64,000 nucleotides of DNA from Octopus vulgaris (GCA_951406725.2 OX597821.1:9610001-9674000); one strand, 5' to 3'. Counted from the stretch's first letter, positions 20,741 through 37,045 are shown. Notes: a model not told the origin generated them from the sequence alone. Numbers and translations are program-made.

Positions 20741-21010
20741 CGTTTATGTCATAAGGTGCTCGGGCTGCCACCAAAACAACGTGGGGTCCACGGGACTATC
20801 ACTCAGACGTAGATGCACCCTGCATCGACAACATATTGTATTCCCAGAATACAGAATGATATCCTTTAGTGAGCATATTGAGAAATGCAAAGCAACTACT
20901 ACCACAATTTTTAATCTTTCCATTCTATCAAGGTGCTATTGGAACACCAACACAAATTAGATTAAACAAGGAAACATTCTTCATTGAAAAATATAAGCCC
21001 AAACTTAACC
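20740..21010 (+). mobile_element. Penelope-like element fragment, GIY-YIG endonuclease relic
   Basis: [31 protein letters not shown]...EHIEKC and a downstream RLNKETFFIEKYKPKLN; lies next to a (TA)n tract. Confidence 0.7.
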
Positions 21011-21371
21011 ACTCTAACATTCTTATACAGAGAAACTCAGCCCATTAAATAAAGGGAAAATAAATATAAAGCGATTATCTCCCTTATACCAGAAGAAATC
21101 GCTTATTACCTTCCCCTACCTGGAACTCTTCTTTGCACTTCATAACGAAGACATAACATGATGTAGATAAAGACATTTGAGAAATTTGAAAAGTTAACAC
21201 GAAACCGGTAATTTCTTCAAAAACTATGTTACTGTATGAAAAAATTTTATAACATTCTTCTAACATAATGACTCAAATATATTCTTTAACCTTTTAAAAC
21301 AAGCCTTCTGTAGTTTTTTCACTCTTTACTATTTTCTATATATCCAACCACGTGCTTTCACACACCAACTT

Positions 21372-21441
<70 letters not shown>

Positions 21442-22734
21442 GTATACACCGAATTAGATCGGTATAATGAATGTATAATTTATACTTTACCCGGAACATT
21501 TTCCTCATTAGCATGGGACTTCACAATATTAAATCCGGCGGCATTGGAAAAATTGAATATACCTCTCCAGCTAACAGTATCAGACAGATCATATTTAACG
21601 TCCAGTACCGGCGAATTTAAAATATACGAATGAGGTTCATCACCTTCCCCTGCCTATCCACGTGCATCGTCAAGTAAAAATACTACAGAAAAATCTATAG
21701 TTTATTATCCAGGAGAAAATTATATTGATATAAAATTATATTGAAAATTGATATATATTGATATAAAATTATATTGAAAATTGATATATATATATATATA
21801 TATATGAGTAAAAAGAAAGTTACATAGATACACAGATAGATTCATACATAAATTCATAGATACATGGATACATATACGTATAAAGTGGATGTCGGTGTGT
21901 ATGTGAGCTTCCCTTTGAGAATTATATTGGGCAGTCTTTTTATCGGTAAAAAAGCAAATTTATCGTTCATGACAAAAGTAATTATACTATTAATAATACA
22001 ATACATGGAATTTAATACATTGAAAAACCCAAGAGTTTTAAATAATTTATATTCACATATCACTTAAATTTCAACTGTTCCAATTTCCTAATTCTCCTTT
22101 GATTATGAGAGTAATTTTCAGTCAAATATCGAAATATCTCTTCGATTAGAAGTGAAACAAAATTACATTACTGGTTTGTACACACACAATCTGTATATTT
22201 CGCCTCAGTACTTCGTTGGATGGAGTAGTGAATAATAACATTTACGTGAATTCTATGAGACATCACTTGACACGAAATGATTGATTTCCTAATAATTTAT
22301 TGATTATAAGTAAAGAAAAAATGCATATATAAATTAATAACTCTGTAGAGTCACATTATTGGATTTCTTTACAGTCATTAATCAACGATTGAATTTACAG
22401 AAAACTAATTACTGGAAATGTTCTTTTAATGGTCTTCGATTACTCACGTTTATGAATAGCCTCAGTGTATCACAAGAAATTATATACTATTTCCCAGTCC
22501 TTAACTCTCGCACTCTCTTGCAATTTCTTGCTCGCTCAGACTTTTTACCTCTCGGTTATGCCATGCTTGTGTCCAAACGTGCGTCTGAATATATGTGTGT
22601 GTATCTGTATGTGAGTGTGTTTGTGTGTGTATGAGTATATGTTTGTATAAATGCATATATGTATAAATATATATATATATATATATGTATTTTTATATAT
22701 ACATATATATGTTTATACACAATATATTTATACA

Positions 22735-22796
<62 letters not shown>

Positions 22797-22797
22797 T

Positions 22798-22835
<38 letters not shown>

Positions 22836-23195
22836 TGCGTGTAAATTGATTATATCTTAGTTGTAGTTTCAGGCTGCATCACTTACCTAATTCTCAATTA
22901 TCCTTCTGCTCAGAAATGCTTCTTTATTCTCGATACGTAATTATCTCGAAATCATATAATTCTTATCAAGTTGATTATCATTATATCGGTCTGTTTAATA
23001 ACACATTTATTACATTACCGTCTGATTCAGTTCGCATTGCCATTCATTAATCAGAAATCAAAGACAAACGAAAATTAAGCGTACTTATGCAAAGATATAT
23101 TGTTTGCATACATTTTAAATATATATTATACGCATGTGCATTTATTTACGTATATGTGTGTGTGTCTGTGTAAGTGTACATAAGCGTTTGTGTGC

Positions 23196-23261
<66 letters not shown>

Positions 23262-23267
<6 letters not shown>

Positions 23268-23560
23268 GAATGGAGTTGAACGACGAATTAACAAAATTCC
23301 TTTATTTTCGACATATGTTTCGAAAGCTGCATATTCCTAATTGCGAAGGAATAAGGAGTATTTTATGCCGCTTATGAAGGAATTTTGTTAATTCGTCGTT
23401 CAAATCCATTCTTTCATATATTTATATTAAGAAAAAAACATACAAATTTCCACACGAAAGCACGTAACTTCAAACGTGTCATCTCTGATGTGAATTTGCT
23501 ACCCAGGTATCGGTTAACCGAATTGTCCAGAACAAGATAATTCATTCTACTACTCATAGT
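23262..23560. mobile_element. Internally deleted copy of the palindromic hammerhead-bearing element at 40970-41457
   Basis: Inverted ends ATGAAAGAATGGAGTTGAACGACGAATTAACAAAATTCCTT...AAGGAATTTTGTTAATTCGTCGTTCAAATCCATTCTTTCAT (23262-23417), followed by the reverse complement of the 40970-41115 flank. Confidence 0.7.
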
Positions 23561-24390
23561 GTACTTGTTCACACGATGTCAATTTGACGCGGGAATATAA
23601 TAACGCAATGCATTAGCATACGTAACTTCTCTGACTAGAGGTCGGGGCGTTTGTGTGGTAGAACTGGCGTGACTGTGTGCTACGATGTTTGCTTCACAAC
23701 CACATGGTTGTGGGTTGAGTCGGAATGCCTGTCATATTTGGCAAGTGACTTCTACTATAGGATTACGACGATCGTAGCATTATTTCGCTCTATCTACATT
23801 ATATGGTGTATCAACAGCAAATGCTGGCAAATGTCACGGTTGTCCCTACAGAAAGATTCAGAGTTTCAAACAAAATAATTGAGAAATATTTATTCACAGG
23901 GTGACACCTATTCATTTGTCACATTAAAATTGGCTCTCATAATATGACCTTTCGTTGAATATTGGCTTTGTATGAGTCTGTAAACGCGTGTAATTTCTTG
24001 ATTTTAGAAAATGAGCCCCGTTTTTAAGTTCTACAAATGCCTCAAGTATTAAGAACATTTAAGTAAACAAGTGGTAATTGTCTTATAAGGAGTTTGCTCC
24101 CCAGCTACATCATTCCGGGTTAACTTATATATGAATAGAAAAAGCGAAAGAGGTGGGCGAAAGTAGGGACATAATTGCTTCATATTAGTAGGATGTGCAT
24201 TTCTCCATATTATGCGGATCTGCGTGAGTTGCCTAATTCATTGGCATCCAACATTTTAGATTACTTGCAACTTGGAGTGGCGTTTGAACCACAAGCGTTT
24301 TGTTTTCTTCAGTAGTAAGACTGACTCAGTCAGCTCATATTTCAACTTATTCTCTTAACTGCCTGTCTTGACAGAGATGCACTTTGAAAT

Positions 24391-24934
24391 GATTCAGCCC
24401 ATTGTTGTCTAGTCATTTCTGCATTCTCAGTCTTCCAGGACTGCTTCATGATCGTTAACTGTCGTTAACTTCGTGCATGTGCGTTTATGTGTGTATGTGT
24501 TTGCGTGTGTGTGTGTGCGTGCGTGCATGTGTGTGTGTATATGTGTCTGTGTTAAGTGATGACTGTGTTTTTCCCCACCATCGATTAACAAATCGCTGTT
24601 GCTGCTTTTATGTCCTGTAACCTAGCGGTTCGGCAAGAAAAAACGATAGAAAAAGTACTAGACTTGTAATAAATAAGTACGCCGGTCGATTCGAGACACT
24701 ACAATTCTTCAAGGTGATGCTCTAGAATGACCGCAGTCTTATGACTGAAACAACTAAGTGTAAGTACAACCACTTAATCTGAGTGGAATATTCTTTTCGT
24801 TTCTCTATTTCTTTTCTACGGTGCGAATTCTTTCTATAATAAAATAGTTATGCCTAATTTCAGAAATGAACGATCACGAAGCAGTCCTGGAAGACTGAGA
24901 ATGCAGAAATGATTAGACAACAATGGACTAAATC
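24391..24934. repeat. 66-bp inverted repeat pair (24391-24456 / 24869-24934) enclosing a SINE 3' fragment
   Basis: The arms are reverse complements with 4 mismatches. The interior 24560-24760 matches the SINE tail seen at 34640-34800. Confidence 0.8.
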
Positions 24935-26524
24935 ATGACGTTTTGCCTTTCTCTGTTTCTCACTGGATCCCGAATTTTCTAAAGCTTAGACAAGACACTT
25001 CCCGTAATTCCAGGTAATGAAGCCTTTCACACGGCCATATTTTATCAGGTGCCAAGTCAGAACCCACTTATCTTAAGTGGCTTGAAATACTTCCAGCCGA
25101 TCAGTGCAGACTACCACTCTTTTCTCTTCGTCAAATGTAGTGAAAATTGCGAAGCCTCTTTAAAGTTTATTGACTGTGCTGTAGGTTTATGGTTGTAAAT
25201 CCTCTAATCACACTGTTCATACGAATAGTTTATCAACTGTCATTATTCACAATTGAAGGAGCGAGAAGAAAGGTTCGTTTGTAACTCGTTTTTCACCTCT
25301 TCTACTTGTTTACTCATCTGTGAGCATTGCAGTGGTCAATAATGCCAACTCTGTAAATAACTTGTTTGGATGTTGTAAAGACTACGTCAGTGTTTGTGAA
25401 GTGCTCACTGAAGAATCGCTGATTATGCAACGAAGATTACATAGAAAAATTAATATAGATATATTACACTATCAACACGTCCAAACCAAAAGTACTATGC
25501 CAATAGAAATTCTATACCCACTTTGACGTTACTTTCTGTACAATCATCGTAAGTTTAATCTGCATTTACGACATAATATTCCTTGAATGTGTCAAGATTG
25601 TGATATAATTTGAAATCTTCATTTCTACTAATTGATACTGGCTGCTTGCAGAACATCTCACGAAATGTTAAATAACTTATTTTCAAATAAAATCACCTCA
25701 TTTATGAGGATCCGAGTTTTCTTTTATGTTTCCTTATTGACCTGTCAGTTCATATATTCTTTTTCTCTTGTCTCATATCGTTCACGCAATAATATTTGAT
25801 TTTTAATATTCTACTGCACACGTAAAATAATATAATTGATAGAGTTTTCGTTACTTTTGCAACATATTTGACATTTATTATCACGATGGTTTCTTTCAAA
25901 CCTCCATATTTATTTTAACGATGTTACTTAGTATTAATTGCTTGCTCTTGCGCTACATATGCATTAAGAATTTCTACACTTTGTTTCCTACTCGAACTTT
26001 CTGCACCCCATTATTTTATGTTAGTATATGTCCTATATGTCTCAAAAAGATATATAAAATAACTTTCAATTTTTATTTTACATAATCAATGTTCGTCTTT
26101 AAAATGTTTTTGAGAGTTTCTGAAATAAATTTTTGCTATTTCTTTTTGTTCTGAATTGATTTTCCTCACTGTGCATGCAATCTTCTCTTCACCTTTCGTT
26201 AGAATGTCTTCCAGTTCAATTATTGACAAACATACTATGTAACTTTTATAGTTCGTTTCCTTGTTTGCTCCTCTTGTTTTCTTTTCCGGTTATATCTATT
26301 CTACTAATCTTGCATCCTGAATGAAAAATCTCTGTTGTAAACGAACTCATGCAAATAAGCATTACATCGAGATCATATTTTTTGTCGCTTGTATAAAATT
26401 TGCAAGTTATATATTTAGTTCTCTATATCCCTCTCTTTCTCTTTTCCCCTTCTTCCCCCACTCTGTCTACACACACACAATGCACACACACAGCACACCC
26501 ATACAAGTGCATGTATAAACAAAA

Positions 26525-26568
<44 letters not shown>

Positions 26569-26730
26569 CAAAATACACACACACATACATGAAGTACTAT
26601 ATGTAATGTGTGACGTTGCGTTTTCTTCTTTCAACGTTCAGATTTTTATTTGAATGAGATCTATTATAATCATTATTCTTATTGGAAATGTCATAATACA
26701 TCAACATTATCATCGTCGTCGTCGTCGTCG

Positions 26731-26768
<38 letters not shown>

Positions 26769-28114
26769 TTATATCGGTTCTTATTCTCTCCTTTCTTTCT
26801 TCTTTCTCTTCACATGCCACTCTGGCTCAGCCAGTCAATACATCGCTCGTTGCATCAGCTTTTAACGGCTTAACAACCGTAACATCAGAAATCTGCGTGA
26901 ACTATTCCTCTTAACAATATTTCTACTGTGCCAGACGTCACGCGAATTTTAGAGAAGAGGAACTAAAAATTCGCACGTATATGCAGCTTCTCATCTCAAT
27001 CCGTCGAAAAGTATGTAATGCTTTTGTGAGCACGTTGTACTACTGGCAATCGGCTCTTCGCACGGGGTTCGTTCCTGTATGTCGTCGAGCACGAGTTCTA
27101 ATTTTGTCAAATCATCATTCGTGTATTATAGTATCGCGTTCGAGAATCAGTCAAAAGATAATAACACCGACATCACGCCAGTCGTGACACCTTGCACAAG
27201 CTCTTCTCTTAGGCTACTAAAACTTCCTTTATTCGAAATTATTCTAAATGTCTATAAACATTATATTCGCATTTAACCATATCGACTCCAATTTAATACC
27301 TAATTTGAGATGAATCCATCATCGATGGTTTACGATTCATCCCATCAATTCTCACGTTAGTAATTTATTAACCCGGTTTCTGTAATGTAGGAAGCCGTGA
27401 AAGAGGTATTCAGCTCCCAATCATCGTATCCGTGCACATCAAATCTACAAAGCACTACCGTGCAGACGAAACTTTTCTTGTTTGTGTAGACGACAACTTG
27501 AATTCTTTACAACATATGCTGACCTAAATATTATTCTCTTTAGATATGATCTGGATTACGCAAAAAATTTTACCGTGTCTATATTGGTGCATTCGGGAAA
27601 TGTTTTCAACATGTTTGAGACATATTTTCGAGGCTTTTGACGACACCCAATCCGAGGAGCACCATAGGCATTTCAGTTGCTCATTATCCCCAAACAAAAG
27701 GTTGTTTTAAGAAAAACCTCCTGGCGTTTGAATACATCTAACCACTAAATGTACAGACAGCGTGAAATCTAAAGTAACAAAAGTGAAGACGGAATCAATG
27801 CCGCGAATAATTCCTACCATCGTGCTAATGATTCTGACAGCTCACCGTCTTGTTCATGAAATATTACAAAGCACAATACCTAGCAATTTGCATTTCATAC
27901 TTGCAGGGAAATGCAGAATACCCAAGACTAAGGAAGAACTTTGTAACTGTGTATGGATTGGTAAAATGCCTAGTTTAATTACTTGGAATTGTTCTAAGTC
28001 TTCATGTTTTAGCCAATGACACACGGAAGTGCTTTTTCTGAGTTAATTTGGCATGATCTATTTGATCCTCTTTGTGTGCGTATATGTATGTGCGAGCGTG
28101 TGTGTGTGTGAATA

Positions 28115-28195
<81 letters not shown>

Positions 28196-28393
28196 TCTCT
28201 TTTATTCTTTTATTTGTTTCAGTCATTTGACTGCGGCCATGCTGGTGCACTGCCTTTAGTTGATAAAATAGCAACCATGACCTGTTCTTTGTAAGACTAG
28301 TTCTTATCCTCTGGGTCTCTTTTATAGAACAGATAAGTTACATCACTTTAACGTTCTGTTACGGTATAACTCTCTCTGAGAGATTTAGGAATG

Positions 28394-28450
<57 letters not shown>

Positions 28451-29629
28451 TATATACATATATATATATGCATACATACATACATATGCGTATGTGTGTG
28501 TGTACGTGTATTTATGTATGTTTGTATGCAGACACATGTACACGTAGAAATACATACAATACATGAAACTGCCATCAGGAAGCCTGTGTACTCAATAGAT
28601 TCGTTTTGCAGCCACGCGGTTTCAGGATTAGACTCAATTCTCCATGTATGTATACACGTGTGTGTACGTGTATGTCTGTGTTTCGTCCCCTACTGACTGG
28701 CTACTGTTGGTTTGATTATCTCCTCACTACATTTATCAGCTAAAGTAGTGATTCAACAAATGAAGCTATTAAAAGAACCAGTATTACAAAATACTCCCTA
28801 CAATGAGGTGCGATACCGTGACCGTAGCCCAGTTTCTGAAACACGTAAACTGTGTATGGATGCCTGTGTATATATATATATATATAAAGTCATGCGTTTG
28901 CCTGTATACATGTGTGTGAGTATGAGTGTATTTCGCTTTCTGTTTCTATGATTTAGTCTCGACAGAAAATGCAATTACAGCCGAGAAAGACAGAAATAGA
29001 TTTCGGGCAATAGAAATTAATGAAAACTTACAAATGGTCCAAAACACACTCAAATGCTTTACAAATGTGTAAGGAAATTGTTGATTAAAATTACCATATA
29101 TCAATTCTCAATGTTGAATTTATGTAATGCTTCTAGAGAAATATAAATTTCCAATAGCCAAAACATTGTTACACATGATCAGTTTAGAAATCTCACTGTT
29201 GCAGTTTTATAATGGTTTCTATTTTGTATAATTTCAGACAAATAACATCCGATAAAATCCCATTGATTTAATATATCTAATATAAAACATTATTCGATGT
29301 GCAATATCCTACTGTATATCAGTACAACTATTTCAAAATTCAAACCCCCAAATTAAAAAAAAAAAAAAATTAAAATGGAAGTAAAGTAAAACTAAGAATA
29401 ACTTAAAAGGATTTCTTTAGGCGATAATAGAGTGAATTCATGTATAGCACTTTTTGACATTATTTCAATAACTAGGGATCTTTTCATACAGCCCACCCTT
29501 CTATCTCTCTGGCTCTCTCTCTGTGTCTCTGTCTGTCCCCGCCTCTCTGTCTCTTTCTCTATATGTCTCTTTCTCTCCCCCTTATCATATATATGTGTGT
29601 GTATGTGTGTGTGTGTGCGTGCGCATATA

Positions 29630-30471
29630 CGTGCTCTGATCAATAAGTATCCGGTATGTTGCCATACTAACCAACCTAAAGCGCACAGGGTAACGCGGCT
29701 TTGCAATGATTGACCCTGAGCTCTGCTGTGGATGCGCACTATGTTCAACCTCCTAGCTCACTTCTGCTGTTTACAGCAGTGCTGGGAAACAACGTGTGTA
29801 GCGTGTGTTCGCCTCATAGAACATCACAGAGAAAGTTGAGCAGAGAATCTGCATGAAATTTTGCGAAAAGCATGACGATACCTGCTCAGAGGCATACGCA
29901 CAGTATTCCAAGAGTTTTCATCTTTCTCGACACAGTCAAGAAGATTTTGTACAACTGAAACCCGAATGTATCTCTGATTTGCTGGAAGCTTTTTTGGCAC
30001 AAACTTGGCAGTCACGTGCCTCGTACAAAAATCGTCAGTGATAGAAGATTGAACTGAACTGCAACTAATCTGCACATCCTCTGCGCACAATTCTTCGATG
30101 ATTTTCTCATTTTTGCTGGTTTCATGCCTTCTAGAACCTTCATCACCATGACATGCTTTGGGCCATCTAGGAAACGTCTGAATTACTCGTACAGTTAGTT
30201 TTGTGTAGCTCATACACTCCACTCCAGACACTTTTGCAACCTTGTATAGACCTCTAAGCCAAGACAGCTCTGATGTGGTCAATGCGAAAATCACACGTTA
30301 CACACGGTATTTCGAAGTACTACTGTAAACAGCAGAAGTAAGCTAGAACGGTAAAGCTTAGTGCACTTGCACAGCAGAGTTCAAAACCAAACCGCGCCAA
30401 GCGGGTTCATTTTGCATGTTTTAGCTTCGTTATTATGACAACAGTCCTGCTACTAATAGATCAGACTTCGC
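29630..30471. mobile_element. Mariner-family DNA transposon relic, rearranged (two left ends in inverted orientation)
   Basis: TIRs CGTGCTCTGATCAATAAGTATCCGGTATGTTG / CAACAGTCCTGCTACTAATAGATCAGACTTCG. The + strand reads EQRICMKFC; the - strand reads VTAKFVPKKL...RVSVVQNLLDCVEKD, typical of a mariner transposase N-terminus. Confidence 0.75.
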
Positions 30472-30519
30472 GTGAGTGTGTGTATGCACACAAACACACA
30501 CACACATATCTATCTATTT

Positions 30520-31650
<1,131 letters not shown>

Positions 31651-32600
31651 TATGTATAAGCGATGTTTTCAGCAAACTATCCAAAATATAAACCTGCGCC
31701 TAATTATTTCATCTTGTCACAAATATGCTCAGATTGTATTCCATGCGGTAGAAGGTTATTTCTGGATGCGCTTGTAATATCCTTTGTGTGAAGATATTCA
31801 AACAGTGTTAATAGCACGTGCTTTCGCTATATTCGTTCCACAAAAGCCCTTTCAAGCAGAATATATCCTTATATATTTCTGGCACCAACTAAGTTTTCTT
31901 TCTTTAGCAATCTCAGACTTGTTATCACAAGTTAACACAAATTATGCCTAGAAACACCTGCCACTAATCTCAGCTCGAAATAACTACTCATGCTAAATTT
32001 TATAGTTACATTGTTATAACAAATTCCACCACTCCTCGTATTCATCTTATAACGAATCTGTCCAATTATAATTATCTTCGTCTCCTATGAAGTCCTAAAT
32101 CAGAAACGATGTTTATTTTCTTGAGTTTAAACTCCACTGAGAGTTCCCAGATCGATAAAATAAGCACCAGTCAGATACTGAGGTTAAATTATTTTATTAT
32201 TGACTTTTGCTATCATCACATTTGTAGCATATGTTACAAATTATAAAATATAACATTAAAAAAAAGAAAATCTTTATAAGGTATCTTTTTGTCGGACTGA
32301 GTGAGTAGAGTGGATGGATGCTTTTGCTTTTTAGCCTTTCGATGTCAAATACTATCCTCTTCTCTAACCGCAAGTTGTGGCTTTGTGCGTACGTTGTTAA
32401 GAGGTAACTACAAAATAGGTTTATGTTTGAATGATGTATAAACACTTAATACAAAGCTTTTGAGTTGTAATTCAGTCTACGAACGTATCTAGCCGTTCTT
32501 TATTTACTGAAAACAACTAAACTATAATGCTAAAGTCACAGAGACAAGGATTCAGGTATCTAGTTTTACTTTAACAGTGTTGCTCTGCGCATATAATGTG

Positions 32601-32790
32601 CAGTAGTCCCACGCTATATCGCGCTTCGTCTATCCCGTACTCAGTACATCACTGTTCACTTATCGCACACTCAGTAAATCACTGATTTTTTTCTGGCTAA
32701 TATATATGAATCTATATATTGTTGATTTTACTGCTAATATATGTAAATTTATATCGCGGACTCTTCAGTATATCGCGGGTTTCTGCGGCC
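32601..32790 (+). mobile_element. Possible Tigger/pogo-like transposon end
   Basis: CAGTAGTCCCACGCTATATCGCG terminus with repeated ATATCGCG subterminal motifs; no matching right end was located. Confidence 0.35.
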
Positions 32791-34344
32791 AGTAGGTATT
32801 TAATATTTTAGATTTTAACATGCGTATTTTCATTAATGCCCTGCAATCGGTTACTGACTTAATAATATCGTTAATTATTTTAATAAGAGATATGTATTCA
32901 AATCTAAATGATATGAGAAGTCAAACATTTTCGAAATTGGTCAAATTTGAAATTTGAAATGTGTCTACTGGATGGGAGAAAACTTACAAACAGAATCGCT
33001 GGCAATACGTGAACGCACCGTTGAGTTCTGTAAGGCCTAAGTAAATTTTGATTTTCATCATCACTAGAAAGTAAGCAGTAGGCGGACTGCGCATGCGACA
33101 GTGTAAGACTGAAATTGTTTTCATATGTTATCAATTTTAGATAAAACTTACATTATAAATATCTGCACGTCACCTGGTTGATTTCAGGCAATGCTGTAAT
33201 GTCTTATCTCGCTGCAGGTGGTAATGAATTATAGCACATAAACTTAATTTGAGGAGGACGTTTTGATGTCAAATGCTATTATTTATAGTGAAAAATAAAA
33301 GAAAAGTAATTTGTTGGTAATTACTTAACCTAGAAAATGAAATCGAATCCTTTTCAGCTCAGACTCCTGTAATCAAATAACAAAAAAGTCAAATTAAAAA
33401 AATCAAATATTTTTAGGAATTTCGCTATTAGAAAAATTTCGAACAGTGGTTTGCCTGCTCACAACATCACATACAAGGACAACAAAATCTATAACAACAT
33501 GAACAATGACAACAACAATTAATACAACTGTGAAATGAAACTGTGCATGCAACCTACGTGCCATATTTACTCCTAGATGTATCGTGTTACTGTTGTATAG
33601 AATCAATTCTAAATATATATCGATTCCTCCCTTACACGATAGAGAAAGAAAGAGAGAGAGAGAGGGGGGAGAGATGAAAGAAAGAGTGAACGAGAAAGAA
33701 ATAAAGTGCTACAATCTCTATTAATCGTGATCAGACTTCGCAGGGAATAAACACTATTGAGATTAGGTGTTAGACTGATGAAATTTGCCCAGTTCATTAC
33801 ATCTAAACAGCATCGACATGTAAATACAAATACTACAAAGCTATAAAGGTGAAATCGAAACTTGGTCACAGACAACTCTGCGAGGATTATACGAGTGGAA
33901 GGTGACAGACATAAACCCAAACGAAATTATATTCTGAAACAACAAATTTACCAGTAAATTCACATAGGAAATACGTACTAAATATGCGTATTGTTTGCTG
34001 AAGCCAGTTTTATTACAGAATGCTCCTAGAATAAATTAATGAAAGTTATATTATTTTCGGAAAATAAATATTCAATAAAACTGTCAGACAATCTACAGGA
34101 AGTATTCACTTCACGATCAACAATAAACGAGATTACTTCTACCAATAATCTCTCAATCAGAGTAAATTAGCACATGCTCAGATGATATAAAACATGTATC
34201 TTCAAAAGCCGAATTTTATGTGTCTTTATGTATTTATGCGCATTAATCTATTCCTCTTTCCGTACCTCTCTCTCTCTCTTCCAACCTGCCAACCTACATA
34301 TATACATATATATGTATATGTGAGTGTGTGTAGGTGTTTGTGTG

Positions 34345-34541
34345 TAGGTGCAGGCGTGATTGTATGGTAAGAAGATTGCTTCCCAAGAAAATGGATTTGG
34401 GTTCCGTCCCACTGTGTGGCACCTTGGGCAAGTGTTTTGTAATATACTCTCGGACCGACCAAATATCCGTCATTGAATTTGGTGCACGGAAACTGAAGCC
34501 CTTCGTACCCCCCACCCATATATATTTATATATATACATAA

Positions 34542-34608
<67 letters not shown>

Positions 34609-34800
34609 TTAATGCCAGTAACTGTCACTCATCACAGCGTGACAACCGCCGTTGCTGTTTTGACATCCCGTAACTTAGCGGTTCAGTATAAGTAACAGAT
34701 AGAGTAAGTACCAGGCTTCAGAAAAATTATACGAAAAAATGTCTTTAAGTGAGTAGTCCAGCATGGTGTCAGTCTAATGACTGAAGTAAGTAAGTGGTAA
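34345..34800 (+). mobile_element. tRNA-derived SINE, degenerate and near full length, with central (TA)/(TG) tract
   Basis: Head GGCGTGATTGTATGGTAAGAAG...GGTTCCGTCCCACTGTGTGGCACCTTGGGCAAG (A/B-box-like) and tail GTAACTTAGCGGTTC...GACTGAAGTAAGTAAG. Related pieces lie at 23660, 24560, 28205(-), 40160, 44630 and 50670(-). Confidence 0.7.
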
Positions 34801-34835
34801 AACTAACACACACACATATATATATATACACACAG

Positions 34836-34878
<43 letters not shown>

Positions 34879-35544
34879 AATCTGTGAATCTAGATTATGA
34901 CCATGATTACAAAATCTGTGCAGATTGTGTCTATATGTAACATCTGAATAAATCATAGAAATTAATAGAAAGTGTTAGAAGATACGTTCCCACAAGATGG
35001 GATAAGCGTTAGAAGATACGTTCCCACAAGATGGGATAATGTCCCAAGGATGGGAATTACTAAAAAGCTGAGTCACAAAATTGATAACATTTAGAAAAGT
35101 AGAAAGCAAGATATTTCGGCAGAACAACGATTTTCGGACTGAGCGATGTGTTTCGTGCGGAATTTTGGGAAAAATAAACATTGGTTATTTAAACTTCCAT
35201 GGCAGACATATGTAAACCTCAAATGTTTCAGCGGCATTCAAACCATTGCTGTCGTGATAGGATACATGACTGTCGAAACAGTCATTGTGTCATTGGTATT
35301 TATTTTTTCTAAGTAATTCCATGTAGTACAGGACTGTCTTTATCGGGATGTCAACAACCTTTTCACTGAAACGTAAGTGACGTCTCCTGAGAGACGGGCA
35401 GATTGATTCATGAACTAAGAGAAGAGAGGCACGGATAGGAGAGACGGAAAACATTACATTATTTTGATGCTATTCTATCGATTTCCAAAAGTATTTGAAA
35501 ACTTATATTCGGTTGTATATTAGTATGGAGTGAGAAAAGACAGA

Positions 35545-35590
<46 letters not shown>

Positions 35591-35749
35591 GGATGAATGA
35601 ATTATCCTTTGTTTACCGTTAACATTGAAAATTCAATAAACAGTTACCAGGGTAGCAAAATTCACGCAAGTAACACGGATGAAGCGACCTATTCAAAGGT
35701 AGAAACTCCGGGTAAATGCGCAGTAATTTGTGTATTATAATACACAATT

Positions 35750-35838
<89 letters not shown>

Positions 35839-36236
35839 ATTATTTGAGGGAATATAAATCCAAACTTAAAGGGAAAAAAATTCAATTTAGAAATACTAAA
35901 TCAAGTTTCACACAATATAATATATTTACTTAATCATTGATATTTTATTGTTAATTTAATTTTAATATTTCTATTATATGTAATTCTCTAGATGGTGTAA
36001 TTTAATTGTTCATTTTGAATTGATCTAAGGTGTTTTTTTCTAATTTATATACATATATATATGTATGTAAGTATGTATATATATATATTGTTATATTTCG
36101 GAATGGTCATTTTGCCAGTTTAGCCAATAAAAACACACGCACTATATATTTGGTGTTATTTTGCTTCAGTGTTATTTATTTTTTACATTAATCTTAATCT
36201 TATTTCAACACACGACTTCACATAAAAAATATAAAC

Positions 36237-36297
<61 letters not shown>

Positions 36298-36829
36298 TTT
36301 CAATTTTAGACTCAGGCAATTTCGGAAGAGAGTATATGTCGATTACATCGATCTCGTTGCTCAACTTATTTTATCGATTCCGAAATAATGAAAAGCAAAT
36401 TTGACCATTGCTCGGCTTTCGGCTTACTAAGGATGCTAATAGCTCGACAACTTCGATATTTACACATATTATTGTTCTATAAATGGCAATTCCTCATTCT
36501 ACAACATCCAATATGGCGATATTTAACTAAACAATCCTATGTTTAGGAAGGCAAAACTTCTCCTCTTTCTGTCTCTGGTGATGTCATTTATAATTGCATT
36601 TATATAAATGCTATTTTCAGATATGTTCGAGTGGAAATACATGAAGTATCATTAAAAACACACTGTTATATATTGGTATTTTAGTAATATAGGATTTGCA
36701 ATACTTCGGTGTGTTTCTAAATTGCAGATAAATCTAAGAGAATATACCGTGTGCCCGTATTACTTAAACGCAAATTTAAGACCATTCAAAGTGCACGGAG
36801 AAGAAAAAGTTAACTGACAATTATTGAAT

Positions 36830-37045
36830 TGAATAAGAGAAAAGATTGATAAATATGCAAACACGAGAAGTGAGTTCAGCAAGAAATGTCAGCTACGAGA
36901 ATCAAATATAAAGGTTGTGCTTGTTGTCATCGGTGCATTGGGTTCAATACCATACACGCTCAAGGAATATTTGGATAACTTAGATGTATTGCAAAAATCA
37001 GCATTACTTGGAACTTCATGCATATTGCGCAAAGTATTGTTGGAC
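36830..37045 (+). mobile_element. R4/Dong-like (RLE) non-LTR retrotransposon C-terminal fragment
   Basis: VVIGALGSIP...LQKSALLGTSCILRKVL matches the conserved C-terminus of restriction-like-endonuclease LINEs. Confidence 0.7.

Noticed and set aside
34974-35039. 32-bp local tandem duplication (similar one at ~21720-21785)
   Set aside because: Two copies only; ordinary slippage.
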